This document shows positions 56,089 through 63,661 of a stretch of DNA of 64,000 nt, in pieces (positions within the stretch are counted from its first letter, which is position 1; each line of letters begins with the position of its first letter). The DNA is from an uncultured Chloroflexia bacterium (GTDB lineage Bacteria > Chloroflexota > Limnocylindria > Limnocylindrales > CSP1-4), in assembly GCA_963778815.1 (NCBI GenBank), contig CAVZVS010000004.1:131987-195986 (forward strand), written 5' to 3'. The translations under genes and the position numbers were made by a program. Under the pieces are notes generated by a model. That model made no database searches and was not told the origin of the DNA. It saw only the letters and a list, made by a program, of their open reading frames with translations.

Positions 56089-56757
56089 ATGAACGCCACG
56101 ACGACGAACGCCGACCAGACCTTCACGATCATCCTCGACGACGACCACGAGCTGATGGCCGAGGGCCGTCTGCGCCGGGCCGACGCCGGGCCGACCTGGG
56201 CCAAGCACCGGGTCAAGATCGTGCTCGACGAAGGTGACACCAGTGGACACTCGGCCGGTGCCACGGAGCTGTCGATCAACCTCAGCTTCGAGGACGATGT
56301 CGCAGGTCATGCCCTCAGCCTCCACTTCCCGAACGCCCAGAAGGCCGACGAGTTCCGCAAGCGGCTCCTGGCCGGTGGGATCGTGGCCGGCGCCCTCGTC
56401 GTCGGCGTGACCGCCGCTCAACTCTCGGCGAGCGTGCCCGCCACGTCGGTCGCCGCTCCGGCCCCGATCGTGGTCGCGGCGCCGGCTCCGGTCGCCCAGC
56501 CCCTGACCAACCCACGGATCCCGGCCGAGGATCTCGCCCCCGTCGCGCGCAGCGTCCCTGTCGAGCAACCGCTGGTCAATCCCCGGCTGCCGATCGAGGA
56601 TGTCGCTCCGGCGATCCCGCTGGCCAATGGCGCGCCGATCGAGCAGCCCCTGGTCAATCCCCGGCTTCCCGCGGAGGAGTTCGCTCCGGGCGCCTCGTCC
56701 GCGACGACCGGCGCTGCGCTGCCGACCGACCCCAAGAGCTTCCGACGCGGCAAATAG
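56089..56757 (+). CDS. acidic-x-G-H motif protein 1: cytoplasmic motif domain, one TM, Pro-rich repeat ectodomain
   Basis: ORF of 222 aa with a GGAGGA RBS. VKIVLDEGDTSGHSAG and LSFEDDVAGHALS (plus degenerate ILDDDHELM). TM LLAGGIVAGALVVGVTAAQL. 3x (A/E)QPL(T/V)NPR(I/L)P.E(D/E). Confidence 0.6.
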   Translation: MNATTTNADQTFTIILDDDHELMAEGRLRRADAGPTWAKHRVKIVLDEGDTSGHSAGATELSINLSFEDDVAGHALSLHFPNAQKADEFRKRLLAGGIVAGALVVGVTAAQLSASVPATSVAAPAPIVVAAPAPVAQPLTNPRIPAEDLAPVARSVPVEQPLVNPRLPIEDVAPAIPLANGAPIEQPLVNPRLPAEEFAPGASSATTGAALPTDPKSFRRGK

Positions 56758-56895
56758 ACCTCGGCGCCGGGGAGACCCGGCCGCCCTTCGCTCCCAGCGG
56801 CGGACCGTCCTTCGGGATGGTTCGTTCGCATTCCTGCCGATCGATCGCCTTTCGTCGCGTTGTACGCTCCTGATCGAGCCACGAACGGAGGCCCG

Positions 56896-57492
56896 ATGAT
56901 CGGGATCAGCGTCGTCGAAGCCCCCTGGGGACCGGTCCACATCGCCGCCGATGGCCAGGGCGTGGTGGGCCTGGAGGTCCTGACCGGGACCGCTGCGTTC
57001 ATCGCCTCGGTCCAGAAGCGGCGGCCCGCGGAGGTCGTGGCGCAGGCGCCGGACGACTTGCCGGGACCCGCAGCGCGGCACCACCTCGGAGCGGCCGCCG
57101 ACGCCGTCGAGGCCTACCTTGGCGGGCGTCCGGACGCGTTCGTCGAGCTCCCCTTCGCCCTGGATGGCCTGACCGGCTGGGACCGGCTTGTGCTCGACGG
57201 CGTTCGGAGCGTGCCCTGGGGCGAGCTGACCAGCTACGGGCGATTGGCCCGCCAGATCGGTCGACCAGGTGCCGCCCGGGCCGTCGGTGGCGCGGTCGGG
57301 CGGAATCCCATCGGCCTGATCGTGCCCTGCCATCGGGTCATCGCCGGGGACGGTTCGATCGGCGGTTACGGCGGCTCGTGGTACGGCGATCGTGAGGTGC
57401 TCCTCGGGATCAAGCGCAGCTTGCTCGGTCTCGAAGGCAGCACGCTCGGTGGCGCTGTCGCCTGGACGACCTTCGGACGGCGTCACGGGTGA
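56896..57492 (+). CDS. ogt: methylated-DNA--protein-cysteine methyltransferase
   Basis: In-frame part of ORF 56860..57492. ATG 56896 follows GGAGG. ...GRNPIGLIVPCHRVI... Confidence 0.8.
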   Translation: MIGISVVEAPWGPVHIAADGQGVVGLEVLTGTAAFIASVQKRRPAEVVAQAPDDLPGPAARHHLGAAADAVEAYLGGRPDAFVELPFALDGLTGWDRLVLDGVRSVPWGELTSYGRLARQIGRPGAARAVGGAVGRNPIGLIVPCHRVIAGDGSIGGYGGSWYGDREVLLGIKRSLLGLEGSTLGGAVAWTTFGRRHG

Positions 57493-57567
57493 CTTCCCGT
57501 CGGCCCCATGGGACGCCTAGACTCGGGACTGCGACGGTCCGGTCGCGAACGCGACGAGGAGAACCCG

Positions 57568-57753
57568 ATGACCGAGCCCGAGGATCAGCCGACGCCAGCG
57601 GCCGACGAGGACGACACCTCCGGCCACTCGCTTGGCGACGACTACGCTCGTCAGCACGCCGCCCAGCGGGCGCGCGAGACCGACCAGTGGGCGGCCCGCG
57701 AAGCCATCCGCAAGGTAGCCAAGAGCCCGCTCGACCGACTCCGCGGCCGCTGA
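57568..57753 (+). CDS. acidic-x-G-H motif protein 2 (single motif + basic helical tail)
   Basis: ATG 57568 follows GAGGAG (inside ORF 57508..57753). MTEPEDQPTPAADEDDTSGHSLGDDYARQHAAQRARETDQW... Confidence 0.5.
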   Translation: MTEPEDQPTPAADEDDTSGHSLGDDYARQHAAQRARETDQWAAREAIRKVAKSPLDRLRGR

Positions 57754-57769
57754 CCCCCAGCGGGGTCCG

Positions 57770-59431
57770 GTGAGCGTCCTTCGCGCCTACCGCGGCCTTC
57801 TCTCGAACGGACCGCTGGTCCGTCTGCTCGGCGGCGAGTTCATCAGCTCGATCGGCGACTGGTTGTACCTCGTCGCGCTGCTCATCGTTGTCTACCAGGT
57901 CAACCAGGACCCGCTCATCCTGGGCATCGTCGGGGCGGCCCGGATCCTGCCCTACGTCCTGCTATCGATCCCGGCCGGGATCGTGGCCGACCGGTTCGAG
58001 CGCCGGATGGTCCTGCTGGTCACCGATGTCGCCCGCGGCCTGATCATGCTGGCGATGGCCTGGCTGGTGGCCGTCGAAGGACCGCTCCTGGCGATCGTCG
58101 GGTTGGCCGTGCTCGCCACCTGCTTCTCATGCTTCTTCGGTCCGACGATCGGCGCCTATCTGCCCAACCTCGTCCGGGACGAGCACGAGCTCGGCCCGGC
58201 CAACAGCGCCTGGTCGACCCTCGACAACCTAGCCTTCGTGATCGGGCCGGCGGTCGCGGCCCTGCTGATCGCGGCGAGCGGACTGGCCCTGGCCTTCGTG
58301 CTCAACGCGATCTCGTTCGCGTTCGTGGCGATCATCCTGTGGCGCCTGCCAAGCGAGCGCGGGAGCGGCGCGACCGAGCCCTCGGTCGTGGAGGCGGCCG
58401 CCGCTGAGACGAAGGCCGCGCCCGTCCCGACGATCGATCGCGAGACGCTGGTGCCACTGGCCGGGCTGGCCCTGATCGACACGGTGGCCGGCTTCGTCTT
58501 CGGCGGCCTGGGAGTCCTGACGGTCATCATCGCGGTCGATCGGCTGGGAGCCGATGAGGCGGCGACCGGGTTCCTCAACGCCGCGATCGGGGTCGGCGGG
58601 ATCGTCGGTGCCGTCGGCTCGTCGGCCTTCGTCGTTCGACCGGCCTTGCGCCTGCCGCTGATCCTGGGTTCGTGCCTGTTGGCCGCCGGCGTGGCCGCGC
58701 TGGGCCTCACGACGAGCCTCGGCCCGGCCCTCGTCGCGATGGCCCTTGCCTCGGCTGGCAGTCTGCTGACCGAGGTCGTCAGCACGACCCTCTTCCAGCG
58801 GACCGTGCCCGACATCGTCCGCGGTCGGGCCCTGGGCACGATCGCCACCATCTCGACCCTCGCCTACGCCGCCGGCTCGCTGGTCCTGCCCGTCGCGGCC
58901 GGGGTCGTGGGCATCGAGCCGGTCCTGCTGGCTTCGGGCCTCCTGGTCGTCCTGGGCGCCCTCGTCGCTGTCTGGTTGATCGGCTCCGCCGGCAGCCATG
59001 GCCCATCTGCCGAGCTGACCGCCGCGGCGACCAGAGTCGTCGGGTTGACCGTGTTCGCCGGCGTTCCGGCGTCGCGCCTGGCCGACAGCCTGTCCCGGGC
59101 GATCGAGCTCGAGGTGGCAGCAGGCACCGTCGTCATCCGTCAGGGCGAGCCGGCGGATCGGTTCTACGTGATCCTGGCCGGCGCCTTCGAGGTCGATCAG
59201 GCGGACCCGGTCAGCGGTGCGATCAGCCGCCTGCGGACGATGGGCGAAGACGAGGTCTTCGGTGAGATCGGGCTGCTTACCGGATCGGCCCGGACGGCGA
59301 CCGTGACCGCCGCGACGCCGGGGCGCCTCGTCGCCCTGGACGCGGCGGAGTTCCTCGGCCTGGTAGGGTCGGCTGCGGAGGTCGGACCACGCCTGCTGGC
59401 GATCCACCGGGGCGGTGCGCTCGCCGGTTGA
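57770..59431 (+). CDS. MFS transporter fused to a C-terminal cyclic-nucleotide-binding domain
   Basis: ORF of 553 aa. About 12 TM helices, then ...VIRQGEPADRFYVILAGAFEV...FGEIGLLTGSARTATVTA... Confidence 0.8.
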   Translation: MSVLRAYRGLLSNGPLVRLLGGEFISSIGDWLYLVALLIVVYQVNQDPLILGIVGAARILPYVLLSIPAGIVADRFERRMVLLVTDVARGLIMLAMAWLVAVEGPLLAIVGLAVLATCFSCFFGPTIGAYLPNLVRDEHELGPANSAWSTLDNLAFVIGPAVAALLIAASGLALAFVLNAISFAFVAIILWRLPSERGSGATEPSVVEAAAAETKAAPVPTIDRETLVPLAGLALIDTVAGFVFGGLGVLTVIIAVDRLGADEAATGFLNAAIGVGGIVGAVGSSAFVVRPALRLPLILGSCLLAAGVAALGLTTSLGPALVAMALASAGSLLTEVVSTTLFQRTVPDIVRGRALGTIATISTLAYAAGSLVLPVAAGVVGIEPVLLASGLLVVLGALVAVWLIGSAGSHGPSAELTAAATRVVGLTVFAGVPASRLADSLSRAIELEVAAGTVVIRQGEPADRFYVILAGAFEVDQADPVSGAISRLRTMGEDEVFGEIGLLTGSARTATVTAATPGRLVALDAAEFLGLVGSAAEVGPRLLAIHRGGALAG

Positions 59432-59579
59432 GCCACGAGTGTCGCCCATGCGACCACGACGACGTCGCCTGTCGGCCAGCCCGGTTCGGACCGCACCGTG
59501 TACGGTTGCAGCCGGGTGGACCTGACCGCAAGCCACCCGTTCGGTCGACCGAGGGCCGCGCGGCCGGCAGGAGGCACTG

Positions 59580-59867
59580 ATGGCAGAGCACGATGAAAGC
59601 AAGACCTCGGCGATGCGCCCACGTATCGACGACGACGATGTCGAGGGCCATTCGATGAGGACGCGGGTCGACGGCGGCCCGGACGACTTCCAGATGCGAG
59701 CCGATGCCGGTGACGACGTCGAGGGTCATTCGGTGAAGGTCCGTGTCGATGGTGGCGAGGATGACGTCGAGGGCCATGCGCAGGTCCGTCGGATCGATGC
59801 CGACGAGGACGACGACGTCGAGGGCCACTTCGGCCAGCTGAAGAGCCCGACCAGCCGAGGCGAGTAG
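59580..59867 (+). CDS. acidic-VEGH motif protein 3 (four motif copies)
   Basis: ORF of 95 aa. AGGAGG RBS with a 5-nt spacer. RIDDDDVEGHSM, ADAGDDVEGHSV, DGGEDDVEGHAQ, DEDDDVEGHFG, plus degenerate DGGPDDFQM. Confidence 0.6.
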   Translation: MAEHDESKTSAMRPRIDDDDVEGHSMRTRVDGGPDDFQMRADAGDDVEGHSVKVRVDGGEDDVEGHAQVRRIDADEDDDVEGHFGQLKSPTSRGE

Positions 59868-59891
59868 CCGGGAGGGCGGCCGACGATTCGG

Positions 59892-60719
59892 TCAGCCGCC
59901 CGGCCGAGCCCCGTTCGAGACGGCCGCCAGGATCGCCTTCACCTCGAACGGTGAGGCGCTGGGGTGCTTGGCCCGGATGAGGGCCGCCAGCCCGGCGACG
60001 TGCGGGGCAGCGAAGCTGTTGCCGGTCGCGATGATCCGGCTGCCATCCTTCCAGGCCACGTCGACATCGACACCGTATGCCCCGAACTCGACCGGTGGAC
60101 GTGGGTTGTAGAACCACGTCCAGCGGTCGGCGATGTCGTGGGCGGCGACCGAGATGACCGAGGCGAACAACGACGGATAGCTCGGCCCGGGCACGTTGTT
60201 GGCAGCACTGACCAGGACGACGTTGGCGAAGTAGGCCTCGTCGGCGATCTCATGGAAGACGCCGAACAGGGCATCGCTCTTCGATGACAGGCTCAGGTTG
60301 ATGACCGACGCCCCCTGGGCGATGGCCCACTCCAGCCCGGCCGCGAAGATCGTGCCTTTGCCTCGATTGTCCGGCCCGAGCACGCGGACCGAGATGATCT
60401 CCGCTCCCGGTGCCAGCCCGTGGATGATCCCGGCGCAGGCGGTCCCGTGACCGACCACGTCGATCGCCTCCGGATCGTCGACCACGACCGGGTCCTCCTC
60501 GCCGGGCTCGACCCGGACGCTCCGGATGAGCTTGCCGCCGACCGCCGGATGATCGCGCTCGACACCCGAGTCGACGATGGCCACGGTGACGCCGGTCCCG
60601 TCGACCCCGCCGAAGGCCGTCTCGCGGTCCATCCCGGCGATCGGCACGAGGCGGTCCAAGGCGTCCCGCCGCTCCCCTACGAACGGCTCGCTCCAGGCCG
60701 GCAGGTAGGGGTCGGTCAA
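59892..60719 (-). CDS. S8 (subtilisin-like) serine peptidase, no signal peptide
   Basis: ORF of 275 aa. AIVDSGV (Asp), GHGTACAG (His), SAANN (oxyanion Asn), GNSFAAPHVAG (Ser). The ATG overlaps the GAF gene stop (ATGA). Confidence 0.85.
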   Translation of the reverse strand: MTDPYLPAWSEPFVGERRDALDRLVPIAGMDRETAFGGVDGTGVTVAIVDSGVERDHPAVGGKLIRSVRVEPGEEDPVVVDDPEAIDVVGHGTACAGIIHGLAPGAEIISVRVLGPDNRGKGTIFAAGLEWAIAQGASVINLSLSSKSDALFGVFHEIADEAYFANVVLVSAANNVPGPSYPSLFASVISVAAHDIADRWTWFYNPRPPVEFGAYGVDVDVAWKDGSRIIATGNSFAAPHVAGLAALIRAKHPSASPFEVKAILAAVSNGARPGG

Positions 60720-61567
60720 CGGTCGTCGCTGCGCGCCGACGGTCCAGGGCGACCGCGTCGGCGGGAGCGGACATCACGCTCGGCCTGCCTGGCCAGGGCG
60801 TCGAGCAGATCGCTGACCAGCTCGAGCCGATCTGGGCCGACCCGTCGGATCCGGGCCACCTGCTCGACCAGCGTCCACAGCCGGGAGTCGTCTTCACGAC
60901 CCAGTCCGTCGGTCGCCGCGCGGACCAGCTCATCGAGGGCAGCCTCGGTCGACGGGCCGTCGAGATCGGCACCTGCTGATGCGGCCAGGTCGGCCAGGGT
61001 CGCCCGGAGCAGTCCAGCCAGGTCGCGCTCGACCCGACTGGCCCGGATGGCCACCGTGGCCTGCCGGGCGAAGACGCCGGCCAGCTCGATGTCGCGCAGC
61101 GAGAAGGCGGCCTGGCTGCGCTTGTCGAGGACCTCCAGCACGCCGATCGTGCCGTGCTCATCGATGAGCGGCACGGCCACGATCGAACGGGGCACATAGG
61201 CCGTCTTCTCGGCGACCGTCCGACCGAAGCGCGGGTCGCTGGCGACATCCGACAGGGCCAGGGCCTGGCCGGAGGTGAAGACATAGCCGGCGATGCCCTG
61301 ATCCGGGCGGATGGCGACCCCGATGACGCCCTGGCCCTGCTCACCGGCTGCGACCTCGAAGATCAGCTTGTCGGTCGCGGCGTCGTACAAGGCGATCGAC
61401 GACGCCTCTGCTTCGAACAGGGCGACGGTCGCCTCGACGACCGAGCGGAGGACGGCACGCGCCGAGCCGATCTCCAGGCGCCGAGCGACCTCAGCCCGGA
61501 GAGCGATCCGCTCCAGGAGTCCGAGTGCCTCCTGACCGAGTGTCGAGCGGCCAGCATCGTCAGCCAT
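60716..61567 (-). CDS. GAF domain protein with C-terminal helical domain
   Basis: ORF of 283 aa. ...ASSIALYDAATDKLIFEVAAGEQ...GIAGYVFTSGQALALSDV...VAVPLIDEHGTIGVLEVLDK... It starts 6 nt after the crp stop. Confidence 0.8.
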   Translation of the reverse strand: MADDAGRSTLGQEALGLLERIALRAEVARRLEIGSARAVLRSVVEATVALFEAEASSIALYDAATDKLIFEVAAGEQGQGVIGVAIRPDQGIAGYVFTSGQALALSDVASDPRFGRTVAEKTAYVPRSIVAVPLIDEHGTIGVLEVLDKRSQAAFSLRDIELAGVFARQATVAIRASRVERDLAGLLRATLADLAASAGADLDGPSTEAALDELVRAATDGLGREDDSRLWTLVEQVARIRRVGPDRLELVSDLLDALARQAERDVRSRRRGRPGPSARSDDR

Positions 61568-61573
61568 GAGCGC

Positions 61574-62272
61574 TCACCGTTCGGCGGCGCGGGCGAGCCG
61601 ATCGAGATCCGGGATGATCAACGCGTCGCGCTCCAGCCGAACGAGATCCTGGGCGGTCATGTCGGCCAGGAGTCGGTTCACGGTCTGGCGCGTCCCGCCG
61701 ATCATCGCGGCCAGATCGCTCTGGGTGAACGGCCAGTCGAGCCGGATGTCCTTGGTCACGCCGGGCTGGCTCTCGCCGGCGAGGCGGACGATCCGGCTGG
61801 CGAGCCTGCCGGGCAGGTCCAGGAAGTGGAGTTCCTCGACGTGACCGGTCAGTCGGCGCAACTCGGTCACGAGACCCGCGAAGAGCGCTTTGCGCAGCTG
61901 CGGCTGGGTCTCCACCAGGTCCTCGAAGCGGTCGCGGCGGAGGACCAGCCCTTCGGTCGGCTCGATGGCGACCGCGGTCGCTGAGTGGGGCGCCCCGTCG
62001 AGCAAGGCCAGCTCGCCGAAGAAGTCGCCGCGCATCAGGGTGGCGATGATCGCGCCTTCCTCGCCCTCGGGCGACGGCAGGACGATCTTGACCGACCCGG
62101 ATTCGATGATGTACAGCGAGTCGCCGGGGTCACCCTGGTGGAAGATCGTCTCGTTCTTGCGGTAGTGCCGTAGCCGCAACGAGGAGGCGCACAGGTCGAG
62201 CGTCTCATCGTCGACCTTGGCGAACAGGGCGCACCGGCGCAGTGCCTCGATGGCGAACGTGGCCTCGCTCAT
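61574..62272 (-). CDS. Crp/FNR family transcriptional regulator (cNMP-binding + HTH)
   Basis: ORF of 232 aa. ...IFHQGDPGDSLYIIESGSVKI...FFGELALLDGAPHSATAVA... and ...SDLAAMIGGTRQTVNRLLADM... Confidence 0.85.
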   Translation of the reverse strand: MSEATFAIEALRRCALFAKVDDETLDLCASSLRLRHYRKNETIFHQGDPGDSLYIIESGSVKIVLPSPEGEEGAIIATLMRGDFFGELALLDGAPHSATAVAIEPTEGLVLRRDRFEDLVETQPQLRKALFAGLVTELRRLTGHVEELHFLDLPGRLASRIVRLAGESQPGVTKDIRLDWPFTQSDLAAMIGGTRQTVNRLLADMTAQDLVRLERDALIIPDLDRLARAAER

Positions 62273-62394
62273 TCACCCTCCACTCGGTCACTCGACCGAC
62301 TGGGCGACATCGTAGTCGGCGCCCGCTGGGCAGTCGAGGCGGAATCGACGAGGCGGCGCCGGTCGGCGTCGCCTCGTTCAGAGCCTGATCCGGG

Positions 62395-62418
62395 CTGGAG
62401 CGCGTCGAGGCGCTCCAG
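62395..62418 (-). terminator. perfect 9-bp hairpin right after the repeat-protein stop
   Basis: ctggagcgc (62395-403), gtcgag, gcgctccag (62410-18). The stop codon is at 62426-28. A second, longer imperfect hairpin lies at ~62350-62381. Confidence 0.5.
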
Positions 62419-62425
62419 GGTTCGA

Positions 62426-63040
62426 TCACTTCTTGTGCGGACGGCTCGCTTCGCGGGTCTCGTGGGCGCGCAGGTTGCGCTGGATGTCCTGTTCGCGGGC
62501 ACGGGCGAGGTGCTGGCTAAGGACCGGGTTGCCCATCATGTGGCCCTCGGCATCGTCCTCGTCGCCGGTCGCACGGTGCTTGCCGTGACCCTCGACGTCG
62601 GCGTCGTCCTCGTCGCCGGTCGCTCGGTGCTTGTGGTGGCCTTCGACGTCGGCGTCGTCCTCGTCGCCGGTCGCTCGGTGCTTGTGGTGGCCTTCGACGT
62701 CATCCTCGTCGCCGGTCGCGCGGGGCGCGGGGCCCTTGCCGTGGCCTTCGACGTCATCCTCGTCGCCGGTCGCGCGGGGCGCGGGGCCCTTGCCGTGGCC
62801 TTCGACGTCGTCTTCGGTCGCGCGGGGCGCGGGGCCCTTGCCGTGGCCTTCGACGTCGTCTTCGGTCGCGCGGGGCGCGGGGCCCTTGCCGTGGCCTTCG
62901 ACGTCGTCTTCGGTCGCGCGGGGCGCGGGGCCCTTGCCGTGGCCTTCGACGTCGTCTTCGGTCGCCCGGGGCGCGGGGCCCTTGCCGTGGCCTTCGACGT
63001 CGTCTTCGGTCGCTCGGGGCTGCTTGGCGGGACTTGGCAT
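62426..63040 (-). CDS. acidic-VEGH motif protein 4: ten tandem motif units + basic helical tail
   Basis: ATG 63040 follows AGGAG (inside ORF 62426..63094). MPSPAKQPR, then 5x ATEDDVEGHGKGPAPR-type, 2x ATGDEDDVEGH, 2x ATGDEDDADVEGH and 1x ATGDEDDAEGH units, then MMGNPVLSQHLARAREQDIQRNLRAHETREASRPHKK. Confidence 0.65.
   Translation of the reverse strand: MPSPAKQPRATEDDVEGHGKGPAPRATEDDVEGHGKGPAPRATEDDVEGHGKGPAPRATEDDVEGHGKGPAPRATEDDVEGHGKGPAPRATGDEDDVEGHGKGPAPRATGDEDDVEGHHKHRATGDEDDADVEGHHKHRATGDEDDADVEGHGKHRATGDEDDAEGHMMGNPVLSQHLARAREQDIQRNLRAHETREASRPHKK
62540..63015 (-). repeat. in-frame tandem DNA repeat array (unit lengths 45/51/51/54/54/48/48/48/48/partial)
   Basis: Read directly. The 48-nt unit gtggccttcgacgtcgtcttcggtcgcgcggggcgcggggcccttgcc occurs at 62795, 62843 and 62891, and at 62939 with one substitution. 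Two identical 54-nt units lie at 62687 and 62741, and two 51-nt units that differ at two positions (gtgaccctc vs gtggccttc) lie at 62585 and 62636. Confidence 0.9.
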
Positions 63041-63178
63041 GGTGATCTCCTGTCGGCTTCCCGGACTTCGGCTCTTGTGATCGAGCCAGGTCATCTTGCG
63101 CCGAGGATGGATCGCCAGTCCAGCGCGTCGGGCGACGCTCAGAGTGTCGGGCAGGCGACCATCCGCTCGTGGACGGGC

Positions 63179-63661
63179 TCAGCCCCTGGTCACCGGTCGC
63201 ATCGGATAGACCCCGATCACGATGGGCGAGACGGGATCGAGCTGGAGCTCGTAGCCGACCTCCCCGCCCCGCAGCAGCTCCCCCAGCATGTGGCCCTCGC
63301 GGTCCGGCAGACCCACGAAGATCCGACCGGTCGATAGATCGATCCCGGTCACGTCATCGTCCTCCGTGGCGATCAGGAATCGTCGCCGGATCTCGTGCAT
63401 CGGGATGTACGCTCGGCTCTTGATGAACCGGCGCAGCTGCGCCGTGGTACAGGTCCCATGCCGGTCGACGGAGGGTGGCGGTCCGGTCGGCGGCGGTCCG
63501 CCGGTCGGCGGTTCGGAGGCGAGCGGCGGAGTGGCCTCGACCGGTCCATCGGCGAAGACGGCCGCGACATCGGGCGGAACGTCAGCGGGGATCGGATCCA
63601 ACACGTGCTCGAGATCGGATCCGGCCGGCTGGGCCGGCGGTCCGGATCGATCGACGTCCAT
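63179..63661 (-). CDS. hypothetical protein (Pro-rich N-terminus, compact C-terminal domain)
   Basis: Inner part of ORF 63179..63805 from ATG 63661. C-terminal ...TTAQLRRFIKSRAYIPMHEIRRRFLIATEDDDVTGIDLSTGRIFVGLPDREGHMLGELL... No family recognised. Confidence 0.35.
   Translation of the reverse strand: MDVDRSGPPAQPAGSDLEHVLDPIPADVPPDVAAVFADGPVEATPPLASEPPTGGPPPTGPPPSVDRHGTCTTAQLRRFIKSRAYIPMHEIRRRFLIATEDDDVTGIDLSTGRIFVGLPDREGHMLGELLRGGEVGYELQLDPVSPIVIGVYPMRPVTRG

Noticed and set aside
59277-59828. 183-aa minus-strand ORF antisense to the 95-aa VEGH protein.
   Set aside because: It is a mirror image of the repeat (MALDVV…) and has no RBS. The plus-strand ORF has AGGAGG with ideal spacing.
62540-63015. 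CRISPR-like regular repeats.
   Set aside because: The units are contiguous, with no unique spacers. They are in frame, lie inside an ORF with an RBS and a terminator, and encode a repeated peptide. No cas genes are present in the window.
63070-63095. Possible Crp/GlxR box (tgtgatcgagccaggtcat) upstream of the repeat-protein gene, and a weaker tgtcg…cgacc at about 59445.
   Set aside because: The half-site spacing and the second half-site do not fit TGTGA-N6-TCACA. This is too weak to report as a site.
62435-63337. Plus-strand ORFs over the repeat array (62435..63337 at 300 aa, and 62631..63080).
   Set aside because: They are mirror-frame products (VAFDVVFGRAGRGALA…) without an RBS. The minus-strand frame has AGGAG plus ATG, a hairpin after its stop, and shares its motif and tail with independently supported ORFs at 57568 and 59580.
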